A stretch of 64,000 bases of DNA, taken from assembly GCA_964016885.1 (NCBI GenBank), contig OZ024742.1:121520001-121584000 (forward strand). The letters are read 5' to 3'. Under the pieces are notes generated by a model that did no database searches, was not told where the DNA came from, and saw only the letters and a list, made by a program, of their open reading frames with translations. The stretch comes from Eledone cirrhosa. Its lineage: Eukaryota. Shown here piece by piece: positions 57,982-64,000 of the stretch (the first letter of the stretch is position 1; each line of letters begins with the position of its first letter). Position numbers and translations under genes: made by a program.

Positions 57982-58068
57982 TATTTCTACCACTGGACGG
58001 TTTCATTCTATTTTTGGATATATCCGATCTTGGATAAATCAACGAGGTTTAGAAATCATCAGGAGATA
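57982..58068 (-). ncRNA. Type I hammerhead ribozyme with extended stem II
   Basis: tatctc CTGATGA t ttcta...tagaa t GAAA ccg tccag tgg TA gaaata; one stem I mismatch. Confidence 0.7.
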
Positions 58069-58629
58069 ACTCAATTGGACAAAGATTTTTCTACCATGAT
58101 CCGCGTCAGAAACGGATTCAAAATGGCTAAGAATCATCACGTGGCCAGTAATCAAGGCAGAAGGTTTGTGATTGGCGTCGGTCGGCAAGTAGGGTGGCTG
58201 CTAGAAAGCGCAGCCGAATACTGCCTAAGGTTTTACTCAACCTTACGGGAGTATACGAAATTTAAAGGGTATATACTAATAAACTAGACAAAGTCATAGA
58301 TACATATATATGTTTTTGGCAACCATTCATGGTGTGGCTCAATGAAGAATTAATTAAGTAATTAAGAATCAGAGCAATATATAAAAACGTAAGTCAATAG
58401 AATCATTAGATAAAATATATACAGTATTTCTTCTCCCAATCAGCAAAAAATCAACCACACAAAAGATCATTTAAACGAGGCTAAAAGTTTAAAATGTACT
58501 TATGAAGAAACAATAGATAAATGATATAGCTCATTATCTGCGACTTATAGCTACAAAAAATTTACCTAATATTTCTATTAGCCTGTAAAAATTGACTAGA
58601 CAGATAGTTAACTATACATTATGTATAGT

Positions 58630-58664
<35 letters not shown>

Positions 58665-58734
58665 AATATATATATATATATTTGAAAATAGCATATATTT
58701 TCACTAGCTCTGCCAGGTTGGCAGGTGAACAGAG

Positions 58735-58782
58735 AGCTGTACTGAAGAAGGGTGATACCCAGAAATATTAGCGTCTGCAGTT
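58735..58782 (+). ncRNA. Minimal type I hammerhead ribozyme
   Basis: agctgta CTGAAGA a gggt gat accc a GAAA tattagcg TC tgcagtt. Confidence 0.75.
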
Positions 58783-58901
58783 CTGTTCGCAGGCCAACAC
58801 AAGAGCAAGAATTAAGTGTTCATTCTACTGACATGGCTTTAAAATTGAGGCTTGTTTGCATAATTGCAAACGAATCGAATGTTATTATTAATATTCGAAA
58901 A

Positions 58902-59228
58902 GGACGGTGGATTGGCAGTAACGGTAGAGAGTCGGACGCCATGTTTTCCAGCATAGTTACGTCCCTTTACGGTCTGAGTTCAAATCCCGTCGAGGTTAAC
59001 TTTGCCTTTCATCCTTACGGGGTCGATAAAATAAAGTACCAGTAATACACTGGATAATTGCTGGCCTTGTGCCTAACGTAGAAACAATTATTAATATTCG
59101 AAAATATATCTGAGTTCAAATCCCGCCGAGGTTGACTTTGCCTTTCATCCTTACGGGGTCGATAAAATAAAGTACCAGTAATGCACTGGCTAATTGCTGG
59201 CTTTGTGTCTAAAGTAGAAACAATTATT
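58902..59228 (+). mobile_element. Two tandem SINE family 2 copies (full and truncated)
   Basis: Flanked and separated by three copies of attattaatattcgaaaa. Confidence 0.9.
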
Positions 59229-59248
59229 AATATTCGAAAAACTCAGAT

Positions 59249-59326
<78 letters not shown>

Positions 59327-60447
59327 CTCTATCTCTATCTAAACTATATCAAAGTAAGGAGTGCGGGACTGCGTACGCTTTACTTCTTTTAATCCAGTTA
59401 GTAAAATAAGTTGGATTACTTTGAATAAATAATGAATGAATATTACATAATTTATGTACTAAATTTCGTAATTTTTTTTATTAAATTTAATATAATTTTA
59501 TTGCTTATTTAAAATCGACTTCTTTTCAAAGTTTCAAATTTTTACACTTCCGGTATATCGCCGCCACCACCACCACTTCAACTACCATATATATTGAAAG
59601 AGAGGGTGTGTGATGAGAGAGATACAGATAGAGTGATTATGATTTACTACACACTGACGCGTATGTGTGTGTATGTGCACATACATACATCTATATGTAT
59701 GAGTATATAACTATTATGAGTATATAACTTTAATCGCGCAAGCACAAACTTATAAAAATACATGCTCACGGACATACATTCACACAAATAAAGATACTTT
59801 CACACATATACAATTACACAAACACACATTCACACGTATACATTTACACACACACACATATATATATTTATATATATAATATAAATATATATAATTTATA
59901 TAATATAAATATAATTGTTTCTACGTTAGGCACAAGGCCAGCAATGACCCAGTGTATTACTGGTACTTTATTTTATCGACCCCGTAAGGATGAAAGGCAA
60001 AGTTAACCTCGGCGGGATTTGAACTCAGAATGGCAAGGGCCGTAACTCTATGCGTCAAAGCATGGCATCCGACACTCTACCAATACTGCCAATCCACCGC
60101 TTATATAATATAAATATAATATAGTATATATACATATCTATATCTATATATCTATATATACATACATATATATATAATATATATATATATAATATATATA
60201 TATAATATATATATATAATATATATACATAATATATATATATATATATATATAATTGTTTCTACTTTTGGCACAAGGCCAGCAATTAACCAGTGCATTAC
60301 TGGTACTTTATTTTATCGACCCCGTAAGGATGAAAGGCAAAGTTAACCCCGGCGGGATTTGAACTCAGAATGGCAAGGGCCGTAACTCTATGCGTCAAAG
60401 CATGGCGTCCGACCCTCTATCGATACTGCCAATCCACCATAATATAG

Positions 60448-60481
<34 letters not shown>

Positions 60482-60522
60482 TCTATATCTATCCATCTCT
60501 CTCTCTCTATATATATATATAC

Positions 60523-60601
<79 letters not shown>

Positions 60602-60606
60602 AATAG

Positions 60607-60673
<67 letters not shown>

Positions 60674-60721
60674 ATATCTATATACATATATATAATATAT
60701 ACAATATATATATAATTTATA

Positions 60722-61185
60722 TACTCTTTCACTCTTTCACCTGGCCCATCTGGCTGAGACCATGCTGGGCCACTGCCCTTGTTGCTTCACTTTCTATATC
60801 CAGATATCCAGCCTGCGTTGACTGGCTATTGTTGTAGGAGGGAGTTCGTTGCTGCAGCCCTTAGGTTACCTTCCGTGCTGTGCGTTCATCTGGGATCTTG
60901 GATAGCAGAGTGTCAAGATGTGTGTTGATACCATCCACACCCACACCATGCTTATTAAACGTTTTGGGGCCTTTGAACCCTAAGCTATAGCAGTATTTGC
61001 TCCTTACTATTGATATGAAAGACTATGACAGCCTGTTCGATGGTTGGTCTAGCTCTCAATTCCAAAGTTTGGTGCTAGTCTTTCCATGGTCTTCCATATG
61101 CATATTAGTGTATACCTCTCCCGCCTTCCTTCAAAAGTGTAGGCCTTTAGTTCTTTTAGCCTCGCCCAGTAGCTTATCCCCTTCA
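60722..61185 (-). mobile_element. CR1/L2-type LINE 3' fragment
   Basis: GISYWARLKELKAYTFEGRRERYTLICIWK. Confidence 0.8.
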
Positions 61186-61923
61186 CACACACACACACGC
61201 GCGCACACGCGCGCACACGCGCACACACACACAGACACACATAGACCCCACCATATATATATATATACACAATTTATTCGAAAGTTGACCTTTTCTAGTA
61301 TGAAGCAGCAACGAAAGTATAAAGAACTTTTTGATAGAGTTACAAAACATTTTTAAATAGTTTATTTTTTGATTAGTTGGGAAAGTCACTTTGGGGAAGA
61401 AATACAAATTTTGGTTGCACTTGTTATATTTGTAAAGCACGGTGGTGTGTGAAAACGGTGAGAGAGTGAGTTAGGAGAAAGGAAGTGAGGAAGTGAATAG
61501 AATGCGCAATGGACGTCATGTGCTCAGGCTATCTGTTAAACTTAAATGGGTATGTATGGTTTGTGGATTAATAAAGGTTACACTTGGAGTTAATTTTCCT
61601 AGAGGAACATTGAATGTGATGGAAATAGTCTGAATGGGAGCAATTGAATATTTAACCGCTGTTTAATAAATATAACATATTTCTATAGAAAGAAACCATC
61701 TCTGAATTTCAATTCAAAATACACATGGTGATTATTGTTATTTTAGTGATAAACAAGTTTACCCTGGCAGGAAAGAGAACAGTTGTTATTATGTTGTGGA
61801 TTTTTAAAAATGCATTAAAGTAGCTTTCGGTCAGGCTTTAGCATTCTAGCTGTTTATAGATTACCTGGCTTGAAACAATATCAAATAGGTCTTCTAATAA
61901 CTCAACTCTTCCATCTCTCTCTG

Positions 61924-61985
<62 letters not shown>

Positions 61986-62147
61986 ATTGTTTCTACTTTT
62001 GGCACAAGGCCAGCAATTACCCAGTACATTACTGGTACTTTATTTTATCGACCCCGTAAGGATGAAAGGCAAAGTTAACCTCGGCGGGATTTGAACATAA
62101 TGAAATGAGAGGAGGCTGGATTTGTGTAAATCCTTGAAAGGTTTATT

Positions 62148-62205
62148 ATACTATGATCATTTCAATGACCGGGTTCCGTATGAATCCGGTGATATCATCA
62201 GGTAT
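62148..62205 (-). ncRNA. Type I hammerhead ribozyme (element 62097-62358)
   Basis: Identical to 16825-16882. Confidence 0.75.
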
Positions 62206-62357
62206 TCGAAATATAATACGTGAATGTAATAACGTGAATGTAATAGATAAAATCCATGGGGCTGAAAATCGAGGACCCGAGGGCGACCGCTATTATTACA
62301 TTACGATTGACCATACGGAATAGACCAGCTCTATACAGTGGTGAACCTCAAACCTGA

Positions 62358-62401
<44 letters not shown>

Positions 62402-62449
62402 CAAAGGATTTGTGGTAAGGAACCAGATGGACCATAACGCACCAGAGTA

Positions 62450-62493
<44 letters not shown>

Positions 62494-63227
62494 GAAAAAA
62501 CGGAGTTTAAAACTCGCGTTAATCCCATGTAATTTAATGAGCTCAAAGGAATAAGTACCGGGCTCTTCATATATAGAGAAGAAAATACATAAAGGGTATG
62601 TTTTCAATTATGAGGGGTAGAGAATCACTAGAGTAAAGAACATAAAGTCTACGAAAAGTGTGGAAAATACATAATAATTAAAAAAGTAAATTAAAATGTA
62701 CATACCCACCTTTATAACTATAAAACACCTGGACAAACTCAAAGAAGTGAATGTTTCGCTATAAACAGTGTTGGTGCCATAACATCTCACGGTACGTCGG
62801 CAGGTGTAAATAAGATACAGTGAACACTTCTAAAGAGACTTTAGACAACTGAAATATCGCACATGGTGAGAGAAAAAACGAAAACCTGCGCGCCAGACAG
62901 TATATAGTGGTTTGAATGAATCAAGAAACCGCTAGAAATGGCAGTCTATAACCATTCAACCTAAAAAGCTCGACTAACATAAAGAAATTAGGAGCCAAAA
63001 TATCAAATGTAAAACGGAGTTAAAGCCTTGCGTTAATCCCCTGTAATTTAATGAACTCAAGGAAGTCTTTTACTCCGTTTTTTTCATTTGATATATTTTC
63101 ATTTTTTTCGGACAATGGAATAATTAATACTTCAAATCTATAATCCTGAAATCAAATCTTAATATCCATTCTCTGAAATTGTGTTCTTGTGCGACAAATG
63201 TGCCACAGGGAAGCAAATGTGCCTCAC

Positions 63228-63290
63228 CAGCACAAAGTAGATTGGTAAAATAATTTTGATCAACACAATCAGGAGAACAAAACTGAGTTT
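63228..63290 (-). CDS. Candidate 63-nt symmetric phase-1 exon, Cys-containing
   Basis: acacag acceptor, TQFCSPDCVDQNYFTNLLCA, GTGAG donor. Confidence 0.25.
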
Positions 63291-64000
63291 CTGTGTGTAC
63301 AATGAAATATTGAAAATTAGGAAGCCTTACTTTTCTCACAGATCCAGATGATAATAAAAATGTTTTCTATTTCCAGAGACAAGCAAATACTCATGGGAAA
63401 ACGCCCGTATATTTCTAAAAATCGTTTTAATCTAGCCCTCATACGGATAAAACTAGGAAAAAAAAACGAGATTAAAAAATCGTTGCAGCTGTACTAAGCG
63501 GATAAAATCAAATCTAAATGTTTCCTTCCGTTATGCATATCAATCTTTATTCTTGTAATAAATAAATAAAAATATCGGCTTGTTCAATGTCACGATGGCA
63601 CATAAACTGATGAACGTGCTCATATTTTCCATCTACCGAAAAGTGATATAAAAAGTTCTTTTTCCCAGCCAAGTAAACAGCAACATATTGAACATCCAGA
63701 TATATGAGTGGATGTGAGTAGTTATGTGTATATAATAGTAGTCTACCAGACATGAAATTCCCACAGTAACCTAGAATATAAAAACTGAAAAGAACTGGAT
63801 ATAATCAAATACACGTAGTTCCAGAAGAGGATAGTCTTCAAGTTTGACACATTAATTCATGCAAAGGCAACCTTGTTGGTACCTCAAAAATACTTTATCA
63901 GAACGCAGTTCCACTAAAGGAAAATCTTCAAGCTGTACACCTAAAATCTTGCAAAGTCAGCTTTGTCCGTTCCTCCAATATATTTTATCGGGGCTATGTA

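Noticed and set aside
62900-62960. Hairpin followed by GAAA
   Set aside because: No CUGANGA upstream; at most a truncated remnant

Overview
AT-rich, microsatellite-saturated eukaryotic DNA with no intact host gene. The SINE and LINE repertoire resembles an octopus/cephalopod genome; this is an inference, not a database result. Recognisable content: several Penelope-like elements (GIY-YIG remnants with inverted pseudo-LTRs), a near-intact 5'-truncated RTE LINE ORF (52535-54823), a GC-rich CRE-clade RT/RLE fragment, CR1/L2-type LINE fragments, two tRNA-derived SINE families, a Helitron-like 3' end, a TE-fragmented GPCR-like pseudogene and two weak candidate exons. The main signal is roughly 25-30 type I hammerhead ribozyme (HHR) motifs, counted by eye, in at least 15 unrelated short-element families. 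Many of these elements are fold-back hairpins sitting in (TA)n tracts. They include core variants (U3:A8 swap; U4A 'CAGAAGA' with a long stem III), fold-back axes that fall inside the ribozyme, and a shared YGAGTRC motif near the 3' end. All structures were folded by eye and coordinates may be off by a few bases.
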